Assembly (NCBI GenBank): GCA_977018835.1 | Contig: OZ361259.1 | Span: forward strand, 3,782,001-3,846,000 | Origin: Minutocellus sp. GHC0000111 | Taxonomy: Eukaryota | Length of the DNA: 64,000 bases | Reading direction: 5' to 3' | Part shown: piece by piece, positions 45,001 through 55,887 of the stretch | How the letters are laid out: each line of letters opens with the position of its first letter | How positions within the stretch are numbered: the stretch's first letter is position 1 | Made by a program: the position numbers and the translations under genes | Notes under the pieces: generated by a model | What the model saw: only the letters and a program-made list of their open reading frames with translations | Database searches by the model: none | What the model was told of the DNA's origin: nothing

Positions 45001-47694
45001 CCTCCTCATCATTATCTGCTTCATTGCCAACGGCTCCGATCATCAGCGTTGCAGGTTGGAATGTAAGCTGCTCCTTCGCCTCATTTCTGCTCCGGAACAT
45101 GTCCACTGCGATGTCTTCGGCCTTGGCCCGCTGCACTAGTTGCTGATTACAGCCTCTGAGTTTCAATCGCTGCGAGGAAGTCTTCGGGAAAGGTAACGAC
45201 ACATAGGCCAACAGGACAATTGGCCAATCCCCTCTCGAAGCAATGCTTGTTTTTAAATCAACTTTCGTCGTGCTTGCGGTTATGTTTGCGAGATGATCGA
45301 CATCTTTAAATTCATCTTCATCGTCACTATCATTGTCACTCTTGCCGCTGCCCTCACTACTCTGCTCGTCTCTATCGCTGCCACTCGAGTCGTCGTTATT
45401 GGATGCCTCGCTGTTGGCTTCTTCGGCTTCATCGTCAGCGTTATCGATATTATCAATAGAGTCGTCGTTAACTGGAGGTGCATTGAAGTCCTCTTCTTCC
45501 ATCGGTAGGGCTTCCTGATCATTGGTGTTTCCTTCGGTACTAACCTCGGCGTTATCGACGGCACCATGAGGCCTGTCAGTTTCCAGAAGTAGCGTTTCTC
45601 GGCTGGCCATTTTTCGACTCTCCCGCCTTGGTGTAGCAGCGTCGACGAATAGCCTCGAGCGTTCAGTCTCGCTCATTTCTTTATCTGAGGCGTCATCGCT
45701 GAGTTCGTCAAGATTTAGAAAGGTATCCTTTTCGAGCGTATCAAGATGGGCTTTTGTTTCCTCACCCACCCTCGCGAAATGGGCTTGTAGATAGTCATTA
45801 AGGATGGCCGCCCCATTAGGAGCCACACGGTCAATTTCATCCAATACTTTGGCCACTTTCATCAACTCTGTCTTTGCGACAAATCCTTTACTTTCCCAGA
45901 GGGGCGTAATATTCTGCCATCTGCCCAATCCAACTTCATACCATATGTCATACTTCAAGAGACATTTGACAGCAGGTCTCGAGCGCTTGGCAAAGAGTAG
46001 TTTCATTACTCCGATAATATAGCTCTGGGTGTTCATGTTCACCTCTTTATTCCTAATCAGTTGGACATTGTCTTTCAAGAACTGGCCCAGGTAATAGGGA
46101 GTCATGGCATTATATCCGACCCAACTACCAGTTGATTTTGTGTTCGGACCGATCGTTGGAAGAAATTCATGAGATCGAAAGAGGTCGTGGATGGATTGCC
46201 GCTCTTCTCCGCTTGTCGCAAATCGTAAGTCAAGATCATTTGAAATAGGGCCCTCTGTCAATTCTCCAAGAGCAAGAGTCGCCAATAGCCCTTGCACAAG
46301 GAAAAGATAGACGAGGTATCTCTTTTCCTTATTGTTCTCCGCCAATGAAAGGATGGTAACTGGCAAAAAGTTTATCGATAACGTCATCGTCACCGTCCCT
46401 ATTGATGTAGTCTGGCACGATGCCAGAGTCAATTATGTCCATGCATTTCAGGATACGTTCGATGTTATTATTGGAAACGAATGGATAAAATGCAAGCGCG
46501 GCAGAGGGGTCTTCTATCCACAGGTTGTCGAGGTTCTCCACTTTCCCCCCTGGTCGCCGATCACGGACGAGTTCACATTCTAACAGGGTCTTTGTTGGTT
46601 CGCTGACGTCTCGCTTTCTAAGCAACGTCTTCATTATCCCGAAGAGAAAGCTCTGCACGTAATTTGCGTCACGACGATAAGTCTGATATTGAGAGTTTGT
46701 GTCACCATGATGAGAAGGGAGCACTCCATAGTAAAATCCCCACCATTCATGATTGAGATCCTCGGTGAATTTTCCGAGCGTCAGTTCACCGGCGAAACCC
46801 TCGTTATCCATTATCTTCATCAATATTCTAACGTCTTCGCTGCGCATGATGAGATTACGTCGATACGGATTTAGGTCATCCAAGTTGTCATCTACCTCGC
46901 CGTAAGTGCGATAGGCATGAATGCCCTGCGAGACGAGTGAATACACCAGCATTTTGAAAGCTCCAGTGCTCCCAAATCCTTCAGTGTTCAATCTGATACA
47001 AGCGCCCCTATCGTTTCCATCACCAGCGGCACCAATATTTTCACCATAAATTGCAGGGTCAGTGGCCCCGAAGTACTTCAAAAGAGCACGAAGAAAAAGG
47101 ACCGAGAGCTTGACCGTTGAAGCCTCGCCAATGCATACACATATCTTTCCATTATGATTGAGAAACGTTGCTTCGATACCGGCAGCAGTCAACAGTTGCT
47201 TAATTCCTTCATCTGGGAGTTGGATTTGGATTTGCTATGTCACGTAAATAAAACAATGTATAAGTCAAAGGAGAGTTAGATCTCGTTTTGGGTCTTCCGA
47301 ATGAATACTGGGGGGTATTCAAAAGGAAGAACGTCATATAATCATCATGATTACGTCATGGAAATAAATCAGCACGAAAAAAAAGAAAAATTGTTCTCCT
47401 TGAAGGGAAATATTGCTACCGCTGGATGATTTTGATTGCAACTCAAAATCACACACCAATGGACAATGATTGTCGACGTTCCCTTTCATGTGTCATCAGT
47501 GCGGGGAATTCCCTTTCGCTCTTGGTCAGTCGAAAATATGTGTGGATCTGATATCAATCGCATGCTCATTCACCGAAATGAATACAGAAATAGTTGATAC
47601 TTACATCATTGCTCCCAGCCTTCGCCGCACGCCGAGAGTTGCCGCTGTCACCAGCATCCTCGCTTCCATCTGGGGGATCGCCAACCGTGGCCAT
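42022..47694 (-). CDS. Large (~1,700 aa) uncharacterised protein with a DGQHR motif; exons 47694-47605, 47234-44715 (frameshift near 46340), 44623-42909, 42788-42022
   Basis: GT donors and TAG/CAG acceptors join four ORF segments in matching phases (0, 2, 1). IDGQHR at about 44452-44469. An extra small exon inside intron 1 is possible. Confidence 0.65.
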
Positions 47695-48542
47695 GGTCAC
47701 TTCTTTGTTACGAGGCGGATGATGAGTGGACGTCAATATGAGCGATGTATCGTTCGTTGTACGAAGAAGCACCTTACTTTGCGATCGGTATCAGATTTTT
47801 TTTTCCAAGTTTTGTGAGCGAATGGTCCGGTATTTTCTCGGAATTCGCAGAAATCTTGATTCGTTCGACCGGATGTCAGAATAGAAAAGCCCTTTGGTGT
47901 CGCCGTATCTTCAATTCATCTTTCATTTTTTGAGAAAAGTGATAAGTGCCAGTCCATCTCAACGATTCGACCAACGCTCTTGGCAAGAGCGTCCCATCGA
48001 AAGAAAACATTGCTCCGAGGTCGCCATATTCCACGGAAGATAAGCGTAAGTGCCCTTCGCGTTTGCGTCACTCAGTCGTGGCGCCGCTTTTATTCAGTGC
48101 GACTTGTACATTTATTGCTCGGGATCGTCGCCGCGTCTCGGTTTCGTTCCAATGAATCGCATGATCATGTCAAGTTGATTACTCTGTTCATTTGTAATGC
48201 TGGAAACGAGTCGCCCATTGCGCTTGAATGTTCGCGCAGTGCAGGTGATCGATCTTTACCATCGGGTCCCAAGCTTTCATCACCATCGTTGTCGGCGATG
48301 GGCAGGAGCGGCATGCATGGGCGGCATACCGATGGCGCATTGCATGGCGCGTGGCATGGTGGCGGTTCCTTATTTTTGACGCACGAAGGAAAGACATTAT
48401 TTTGGGAGTATTTTTCCCTTTAAACACCGGGAGGTGTTCATTCGGAATGCCCGAAAAGTCCACACATCTGCACGTGCAACTGTGATTTTACACCTTTCTA
48501 GTTCTTATGATGTTAGTTGTTACTATGTTTCTTCCAGCTGCT

Positions 48543-49639
48543 ATGTCAAGCACTGGCTCTCCTAGCAGGAACCTGCGCAGCAGCAAAAGCTCTGGTGCTG
48601 CTGCTGCTGTGGCTGTCGCTCTGCTGCTGGTAGCGGGGTGGTGACGACAGCAAGAAGAGCAGCTGTTCTTCAGCAAAAAAGAACAAGAGTGACAGTGTTT
48701 CTGCTCTTGTGGTCTCTAAGAAGAGAGCTGTTGCTGATGATCAGCGTGGTGAGTCAAGCCCTGTTGCCAAGAAGAAAACAGGTGATGATTCTGCTCTCTC
48801 TACCACACCTCACCTGTGCCGAGCTTGCTTGGTGGACTTAAGCAAGAAGAAGCTAGCTGCTGTCATAGCCTTCGAAAATGGCGTTGACGTCAGCTACTTT
48901 GGCAATTGGCATAGTGCTTGTCAGATTAGCACTGGCAGCAGGGTTCCTGTGCAGGAGCTAAAGGATGAAAGCAACCCTGCCCGTGTGTTCAGTGCCATTG
49001 ACGATGCTGGCAAGCGGTTGGTTCACTCTTGATGCTTGCTATGACTTGGTGCATGGCGTGGCCACTGCCTGGGCTCTTGAAGCTCGGTCCAAGGGCAGCA
49101 AGGACTGGGAGAACATTTCTGTGGTTCTTCACAGCAGTCACCCTGAGGCAATGAGTGCCATTCAGGAGAGTGGAGCTACAGTGTTTGTTCCTTGTGTTGG
49201 CAAAGACGATGCTGTGAGCACGAGTGCCAGTGGTGCTCTTGAAACCCCCAAGCGCACCCCCAAAGCTGAAGGAGGTGGCGCTAGTGCTGGGAAAGTTGCT
49301 GCTGCTCTTGCTCCTCCTGCTGCTGTTGCCAGTCAGAGCACTGTTGCCATCAGTTCACCTTCAAAGTCACCATCAAAACAGCTCAACCTGGACAGTCTTG
49401 ACATCAAGGTGACCAAGGACGTTGTCCAGAAGTACAAGAGTGCCAAGGAGGCCCGTGGTGGTGGAGCCAGTGGCTACAAGCTCACAGTGAACCTCTCTGG
49501 TGTGGTCACAACCTCAGGCAGAGCCAAAGTTGTGGGTGTCGTCAACCTCGTAGACAGGCGCAATGCCCCTTACTGGATTCTTAAGCCTGATGTTCTCATT
49601 GACACTCTTCAAGCCCTACTGAATGAGCAGGTCCAGTAG
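48543..49639 (+). pseudogene. Frameshifted hypothetical gene divergent from the DGQHR gene
   Basis: Coding-like sequence split over ORFs 48709-49032 and 48965-49639 by an indel near 49018, with further shifts near 48620-48640. Confidence 0.45.
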
Positions 49640-49810
49640 ATATCCACGAGTTGAGGAGTATTTGCGTTCCTCCCGAAGAGAATATCGACTAACAAAACAC
49701 GTGGTGGGAAATGAGAAATGGGAAGAATGACCTTTTTTAGGGGTTATTGGTGTGCCCTCTACAAATCCTCTGAAACCGAGTCCTAGGTAGGCCTACGTAG
49801 CTAGAGTCTA

Positions 49811-51683
49811 CGTCCAGGACAGTGGTCCCGTCTCACGTAGGTTCTACGAACTCGTTGGAAATCGGGACCAAAATATGCCCCCACTTGTTTTCGCCCTCTC
49901 GACCGAAAACCCGCTCATTTTTTTATCACGGCGAAAGCATGGGCTCAACCATGGTCACCGCCGCCGCAGATATCTCCACCACCACCAACGAGTAACTTAC
50001 ACTCTGCATTCGAAATGACCATTTGATACCTCTTCGGCACGTGCGCACCGAGAGTGCAAGTTACTCGCATGTATTTCTTGAGAAATAATGTCTCAAACAC
50101 AACACATGTCACGAGTTTGTGCCGATTCGACGGCACCACCCCACCAGGAAGCGCCCATGAATGCATTGCCTACCACCCATTTGCTCGGAGTCTGCATTTG
50201 TATTGTCCATTCAGTGTGTGTTGAGGCTGCATGCACCGAGACTCCGAGCAACGGGGGCTTTTATTCATTCGAATTTCCACCACGAAGATGCCCCAAAATC
50301 GACATTTTCGGCTTCGTCGTGGAGCTCCACACCGGACAAAGAACGTGACCCCATGAGCCCTGTAGCCCGTTTCTTCCGCCAGTATTCAACAGATGATCCC
50401 TCTTTGATATCAACAATCGATATTTATGGTCGTCTTTATATCGGAGAGTCAAGAAATGTGTGCAATTCTGCTACTTTTGATTGTGGCATAATTGCGCTGG
50501 CGCTGGTGGTGGTTGGGGGAGGATAGCAGCATGAGCACCCATTGTGCTGCTTCCTTCCCTCAGATGATAGCCATACAGACCAACTAATATATATAGAGGG
50601 TGAAGTTAAGTGCCATAGCGCCTCAGTGGGGCTTTATCTCTTTATTTTATATGATCCATTCTCCTCCTTATTTCAGGTTCGATTTCGCTCCATTCCCAGT
50701 GATTCAGACATCTGCCGAATGGGCAAGAGGAACGGCCCATCGTCCCCACCCACCATATTTGAGTGCTGTTATATCATATATGAGCGAGAATACCCGCTAC
50801 TGCGGCCATTCAGCGCTCAGTGCCCCATATCATAAGCATCTCTAAAGTTAAATGATTCCACCCCAAATCTTGAACCATTTCAAAATCACAAATGCTCAAT
50901 GTTTTTCGACGATTGAGGCCCCGATGGTCACAGAAATGATGACGATATCCGCTGTGTAAATATACTAGCCTGTGGCTGGACTGGATGGCCGCCAGATGGG
51001 GTGGTTGTGTTCTCTGCAGGTAAAGTGAGGAGCAAAGGAGTAGTTGAGGAGAGTGCAAAAGATTTCCTTTTACTTGTCCATGTGTGTAAATAGAACGATA
51101 CCTCTCACCGGAGACCCCAATCAGCGGCTGCCCAACCCATCTCATGTGTATCCATTGGCCGCCAAAGCCAAGCATCGGCCAGTTTCGATCGTACATGAGG
51201 CTTTAAGTCCCATGTTCTGGCTGCAGCCACCTCCGAATCATCGATTTTCAGCAAGAATTTGACCGAAAAGTTGGAAAACGAAGTTGTTTCCAGCATTCTC
51301 CACCTCAAATATCGCTATCAATCCACCCCACAATATCATGAAGATGATATACCATCGTCTTGCAGCAAGCGGTGGTCTACTTCCTGCTCTTTTGAGTGCA
51401 AGCAAGCTCCAATTCCGCGCGGTAACGAGGGGCGGAACGACGTGTAAGTGAGCAGCAGCAATAAATTCATGCTCTGCGGCGTCAGCGACGGGCTTCGGCG
51501 GTCAAGACGCGCTCATAACATCCTAATGCAGGCATGTGCTGTATATGGCTGCGTCTCATGGAGTGTATCGCCCAGCGTAGCTTGGTTTATTCATGTCGCG
51601 CGATGCTGTCAACAGGGGGTTTTCCCCCGGGAAATGAGTTTTTTTGATCCCCTCCTGGTACAAGAAAAAAATTGACCTGGACG
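49811..51683. mobile_element. Putative non-autonomous TIR element with TA target duplication
   Basis: TA|CGTCCAGGACA … TGACCTGGACG|TA. It splits a TA-spacer array and has no intact internal ORF. Confidence 0.45.
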
Positions 51684-51768
51684 TACCTAGGTACCTAGGC
51701 CTAGGTAGAGTCTAGCTACGTACCTAGGCCTAAGTAGGCTAGCTAGCTAGGCCTAGAGAGTAGGCCTA
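51684..51768. repeat. Array of 18 TA dinucleotides separated by 2-5-nt spacers
   Basis: ta-cc-ta-gg-ta-cc-ta-ggcc-ta-gg-ta-gagtc-ta-gc-ta-cg-ta…; the same pattern occurs at 49784-49810. Confidence 0.85.
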
Positions 51769-51880
51769 GAGAGGCGGGGCTGTGATTGGCTGTACTTGAA
51801 AAAGAAAGAGGAAGGAGAGGAAGATTTACGGAGCGAATGCAAACGCATGCGCCAACTAACTGCCAAACAACGACCCCACC

Positions 51881-52558
51881 ATGAGGAGACCGTACCTTCG
51901 CCTCCTCGTGCTGTCTTTCTCGGCGCCGGCCGCACTATCCTACAGCGCGACGAAGAATCGGAGGGCCTTCCTCACGTCAGCGGCCGCCGCTCCGGCAGCA
52001 GCTCTGTTGACTCCACTTCCAGGCCTTGCCTTTGAGAACCGCCTGGATGACAAGTACGCCGATGCAACACCTCAGGTTGGAACGCAGCCGACAGATCTTG
52101 GTGTCTCATCTCGTCCCTCCAAAAGTGCCGGCTCGTACACTGGGCTGGCACCATGCCCCAAATCGCCCAACTGCTGGTGTAGCTCTCCCCCCTCTGCGGA
52201 TAATCTAGCACGATATCTGCCAGCATGGAAAGGCGGGTCAATTGCAGATGTGAAGAAGGTCATTGATACCTACGAAGTAGGGCAAAACGGCATTGATGGT
52301 GGTGGCTACAAGATCATCGAATATGATGAGAAAAAGCAGTACATTTATGTGCAGTTTCAAAGTTATAAAGCCGGGTATGTTGATGATTGGGAACTTGCAT
52401 TTAATCCAGAGAAGAAACTGTTTGATGTTCGATCGGCCAGTAGGCTCGGCATGTCGGATCTGGGCGTCAATGCAAAGAGGCTGGACTACATCGGCACTCG
52501 ATTGGAAAAGGAGTACGGGTGGGTGCTTGAGAGGAGAAAGAATGGCTCTCTCGTGTAG
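51881..52558 (+). CDS. DUF1499 family protein, probably thylakoid-lumen targeted
   Basis: Motifs LAPCPKSPNC, YVDD.E and VRSASRLGMSDLGVNAKR. Signal peptide followed by a twin-arginine NRRAFL and a hydrophobic stretch ending GLA. Confidence 0.85.
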   Translation: MRRPYLRLLVLSFSAPAALSYSATKNRRAFLTSAAAAPAAALLTPLPGLAFENRLDDKYADATPQVGTQPTDLGVSSRPSKSAGSYTGLAPCPKSPNCWCSSPPSADNLARYLPAWKGGSIADVKKVIDTYEVGQNGIDGGGYKIIEYDEKKQYIYVQFQSYKAGYVDDWELAFNPEKKLFDVRSASRLGMSDLGVNAKRLDYIGTRLEKEYGWVLERRKNGSLV

Positions 52559-52744
52559 TATGGCCGTAGACGAAAATTGAACTCTCATAGAAAAAAATCT
52601 TTCTCGGACGCCAGAGTAGAGTGCATGTATCTTGCGGACAATTTGGTACAACATCGGTAATCTTCTCAAAACGTCGCCAATATGCGCTCTATCTCGTGAA
52701 TTAAATTCACCATCTTGCGTTGTGCTAGCTCTTCTAGCTAGATG

Positions 52745-53212
52745 CTAGAATCCCATTGTAGAATCATTGACGGAGGTGCCGTACGAGTCGTCCAATGTGG
52801 TGTCCAATTCCCTGTCTATTGTGGTATCGAATCCCCTTTGGTTTTTCTTACCTCTTGGCGAAAGCATCTCCTTGCTATTGCCAATCTGCTCATCTTCCTC
52901 CTGGTACAGTTCCAAATCATCATCAACTTCCACATCATCGATCATCTGGGAGAGCACAATGCGTCGGTCTCCCCTTGAGAGCATTCTGCATGCCCGATGC
53001 AGTTGTACGACCCAACGAACCAAGAACACAAATCTCAAAAGACACGCCAGCCATCGAAAGAACCATCGATTCTCATCATTTCTGAGACCGATCGCCTCCG
53101 ACGAACCCCAGATGGCACCGCCGGCTCCCAACACTTCCAGAACAAATTTTACTGAAAAGTGCCGAGCTGTTTGGAGCAGAGTTTGGCAATTGTATCTTGC
53201 GATGCCAACCAT
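52745..53212 (-). CDS. Hypothetical small membrane protein
   Basis: Hydrophobic segments (FVLEVLGAGGAIWG; WLACLLRFVFLVRW) and an acidic tail. The start codon is uncertain. Confidence 0.55.
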   Translation of the reverse strand: MVGIARYNCQTLLQTARHFSVKFVLEVLGAGGAIWGSSEAIGLRNDENRWFFRWLACLLRFVFLVRWVVQLHRACRMLSRGDRRIVLSQMIDDVEVDDDLELYQEEDEQIGNSKEMLSPRGKKNQRGFDTTIDRELDTTLDDSYGTSVNDSTMGF

Positions 53213-53449
53213 TTCTTCGCAAAATACGGGCGGATCAATATTCGCAAGACTGGTGAGGAGCAAAACAATGGGAAGATTAATCAGTTGTATCTTGTCCGAG
53301 GCCACATGCTCTCAGTCCACTTCCAGAACACAAAATGAAACGGTGAAAATCGCGGCTCTTTGGCGCATCTTGCTCGCATACCATGGTAGCATCTTCGGCG
53401 GACAGACCAAAAACTCCTTCATTTGGCCAGGTTGACTCAAAGGTCAACC

Positions 53450-55717
53450 ATGAGGCCCGCCGCCGCCTTCCTTCTGTTGCCGCTGCTCGTGGTGGCATCC
53501 CATGCCTTTGCCACTCCTCATACTGCACAACAAGTGAGGCGTGTTGTAAACCATGGCGCTACGAAATCTAGCGCTTTGTCACAAGAACAGCACAATAGAC
53601 GCCAAAGAACACATGTCTTCTCCTCTGCCGTCGCTGAGTCAGCGCCGCCTTCAATAACAGCGAACAACGAAAAGGACGAAAGAGAATCCGATGATGGCTC
53701 TCTGGAGGAGCGCGTATCCTTTTCGCACATACATCTCTACGTAGACTCGGTAGAAGATGTGGGTGTATACAATAAAATGGAGGCTGATCTCAACCAGTTG
53801 TCGTCCAGAATCTCTGAGGTGGGAGAGGACGCCAACGATAATACTGGCGTTGATGGACAACCATCTGGTCTGGACATTGAAAAGTGTCGAATGTTGTACG
53901 ATGACATTACTGGCAGATCACCATCGGAGAATCTTGATGAAGATTTTGTTCCGCAGGGACGAGATGTTGTAAAGCAGCTGATGGCCGGGCTGGGATTTCG
54001 CGTGACAGGGAAACGAATGGCGAATAGCAATACGAGGTCGGTGCTTGTAACGACAAAGGATCCAAATGGAGTACAGATTGTTGTTACAGCACTCGGGGGT
54101 GATTCTGAGAGAGACCAATATTCGCACTTTGATGCTTCCAATGTCCAAATGTTCTTTGATTCGCATTCGAGTCGCCAGGGCATTGCTGTGCTGGCGTTTG
54201 AAGTGACATCGGGATCGATCGATACTATTTACAACCGCTACATGGAAATGCATCCCAAACTCGTGACGCCTAAGGCCATCCAAGCGTATGAGGACGGCAC
54301 AAAAGTTCTCGAGGTGTATGCATATTATCAAGGAGATGTCCGCGAGTCTGACGCAGATTGTGGCACCGTTCTTCGGTTTGTTCAAAAGGGCAATGCTGAT
54401 GCAGATAGCATGTCATGCATATTGCCGGGGCTTGAACCAGTCGATGCAGTGTTTGATCCGTCTTCTCAGGCGGCCTACTGTGATCATTGGGTCAGCAATG
54501 TTGTCAGTCGCACTGGCTTTATCGATACTCTGGAGGATGTGCTTTCATTCACCCCAAAAGTCGACTTCAACGCCGGTGTCGTCGCGGCAGGCGAGGCGCA
54601 AATTGAATCCACCGTCACTGGCAACGACTCTCCCCTCAGCACTACAGAGGTGGAGCGGGCACTGCGAGATCAGAGCCAGGTTTATCTCCCGATCAACAAC
54701 GCACTGTCAGAAGTAGGTCATGTCCATGGTTTCATCCAAGAGATCGGCCAGGGAATTCAGCACGTAGCGAGCAGAGTCAATGACTTGCCATCTTTTGTCC
54801 AGCGAGGCAATGACTACCGAAAGGTTACTGGCGAGGGACTTACATTTCTCAACATTCCTCGAAGCTACTATGGAGTGTTGATGGAATCTCAATTTGATAA
54901 AGTTTTGAGCTCGTCTGCTGCTCGTGCCGTGATGGATGTTTGCGATTCGACTCAAATAACTTCAGCCGAGGGCGCCGTTGATCTCGAATTGACAAGAGAT
55001 GATATTTCCCGCTTACTCGACAGCAATATGCCAGAAGAGTACCAAGAAGAGTACAGAAGCAAGAAAGATGAAATTGTGGGCATTATATTGCGTTCTCGCT
55101 ACACCAACCTCTACAGCCTGCTGCGTGATCATTTGACAGAAGAGGAGTATTTGAAGATTGTTCGCAACAAAATTCTGGTAGACGTGCAGGGAGATGATTT
55201 ACTCTTACAAATCTTTACCTCCAACATACTGCAAAGGAAAGTTGGAGACGAAGCGCCCTTCTTCGAGTACATACAGCGGGTCTGTTCAGAATGCTTAGAT
55301 GAGAACGGATGCCCCGCGACTTTGAAGCCTGGTTGTGGTGGCTTTGGTATACGCAACTTCCTCACTTTGTTCTTATCAATTGAAGTCAGCAAAGCGATGG
55401 TGGAAGTGTCCCAGGCCAAGGCATCTCGCGATGATGAGCGACAAGCCTTTGCGCAGACCATGGTGGATGTATTTACAGCTCAGTTGAATGAATCCAATCC
55501 GATACTTACTGAGATCTCAGACGCTATGACTCTCGAAGGTAATCTCAAGACCCAACTCGACAGAGCGCTGTCCAACAATGATGCTGACGAAGTTGAAAAT
55601 TTGCGTTTGAAGCTTGATGAGGCTGGCAAAGCGAAAGCCGCCGGAAACAAGAAGCTAATGGAATGCTCCACGAAATACAAGATGCAAATGAGAGCGCTAA
55701 GAGAGAGTCGGGGGTAG
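53450..55717 (+). CDS. HPD: 4-hydroxyphenylpyruvate dioxygenase-like protein, plastid-targeted
   Basis: Motifs DHWVSNV, GQGIQHVA, ILVD…LLQIFT, FFEYIQR and GCGGFGIRNF. Signal peptide ending SHA-F. Confidence 0.88.
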   Translation: MRPAAAFLLLPLLVVASHAFATPHTAQQVRRVVNHGATKSSALSQEQHNRRQRTHVFSSAVAESAPPSITANNEKDERESDDGSLEERVSFSHIHLYVDSVEDVGVYNKMEADLNQLSSRISEVGEDANDNTGVDGQPSGLDIEKCRMLYDDITGRSPSENLDEDFVPQGRDVVKQLMAGLGFRVTGKRMANSNTRSVLVTTKDPNGVQIVVTALGGDSERDQYSHFDASNVQMFFDSHSSRQGIAVLAFEVTSGSIDTIYNRYMEMHPKLVTPKAIQAYEDGTKVLEVYAYYQGDVRESDADCGTVLRFVQKGNADADSMSCILPGLEPVDAVFDPSSQAAYCDHWVSNVVSRTGFIDTLEDVLSFTPKVDFNAGVVAAGEAQIESTVTGNDSPLSTTEVERALRDQSQVYLPINNALSEVGHVHGFIQEIGQGIQHVASRVNDLPSFVQRGNDYRKVTGEGLTFLNIPRSYYGVLMESQFDKVLSSSAARAVMDVCDSTQITSAEGAVDLELTRDDISRLLDSNMPEEYQEEYRSKKDEIVGIILRSRYTNLYSLLRDHLTEEEYLKIVRNKILVDVQGDDLLLQIFTSNILQRKVGDEAPFFEYIQRVCSECLDENGCPATLKPGCGGFGIRNFLTLFLSIEVSKAMVEVSQAKASRDDERQAFAQTMVDVFTAQLNESNPILTEISDAMTLEGNLKTQLDRALSNNDADEVENLRLKLDEAGKAKAAGNKKLMECSTKYKMQMRALRESRG

Positions 55718-55887
55718 AGAGTAACCCTGTGGTGATAATGAATGATGAAGAGACAACCTACTAGTACCATCACTTGCTAGTACTACGTAGCTACGCAGTC
55801 TGTTCTGCAGCAGCAGCAATTCCTCGCCTATACTATTGTTACAAAAGGGTCTACGTCTAGGTACCGCAGTCTGTTCTGTTCTTTAGC

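Noticed and set aside
50500..51310. Possible degraded transposase or Helitron-like coding remnant inside the putative TIR element
   Set aside because: Only vague similarity in broken frames, and no catalytic motif could be identified by eye.
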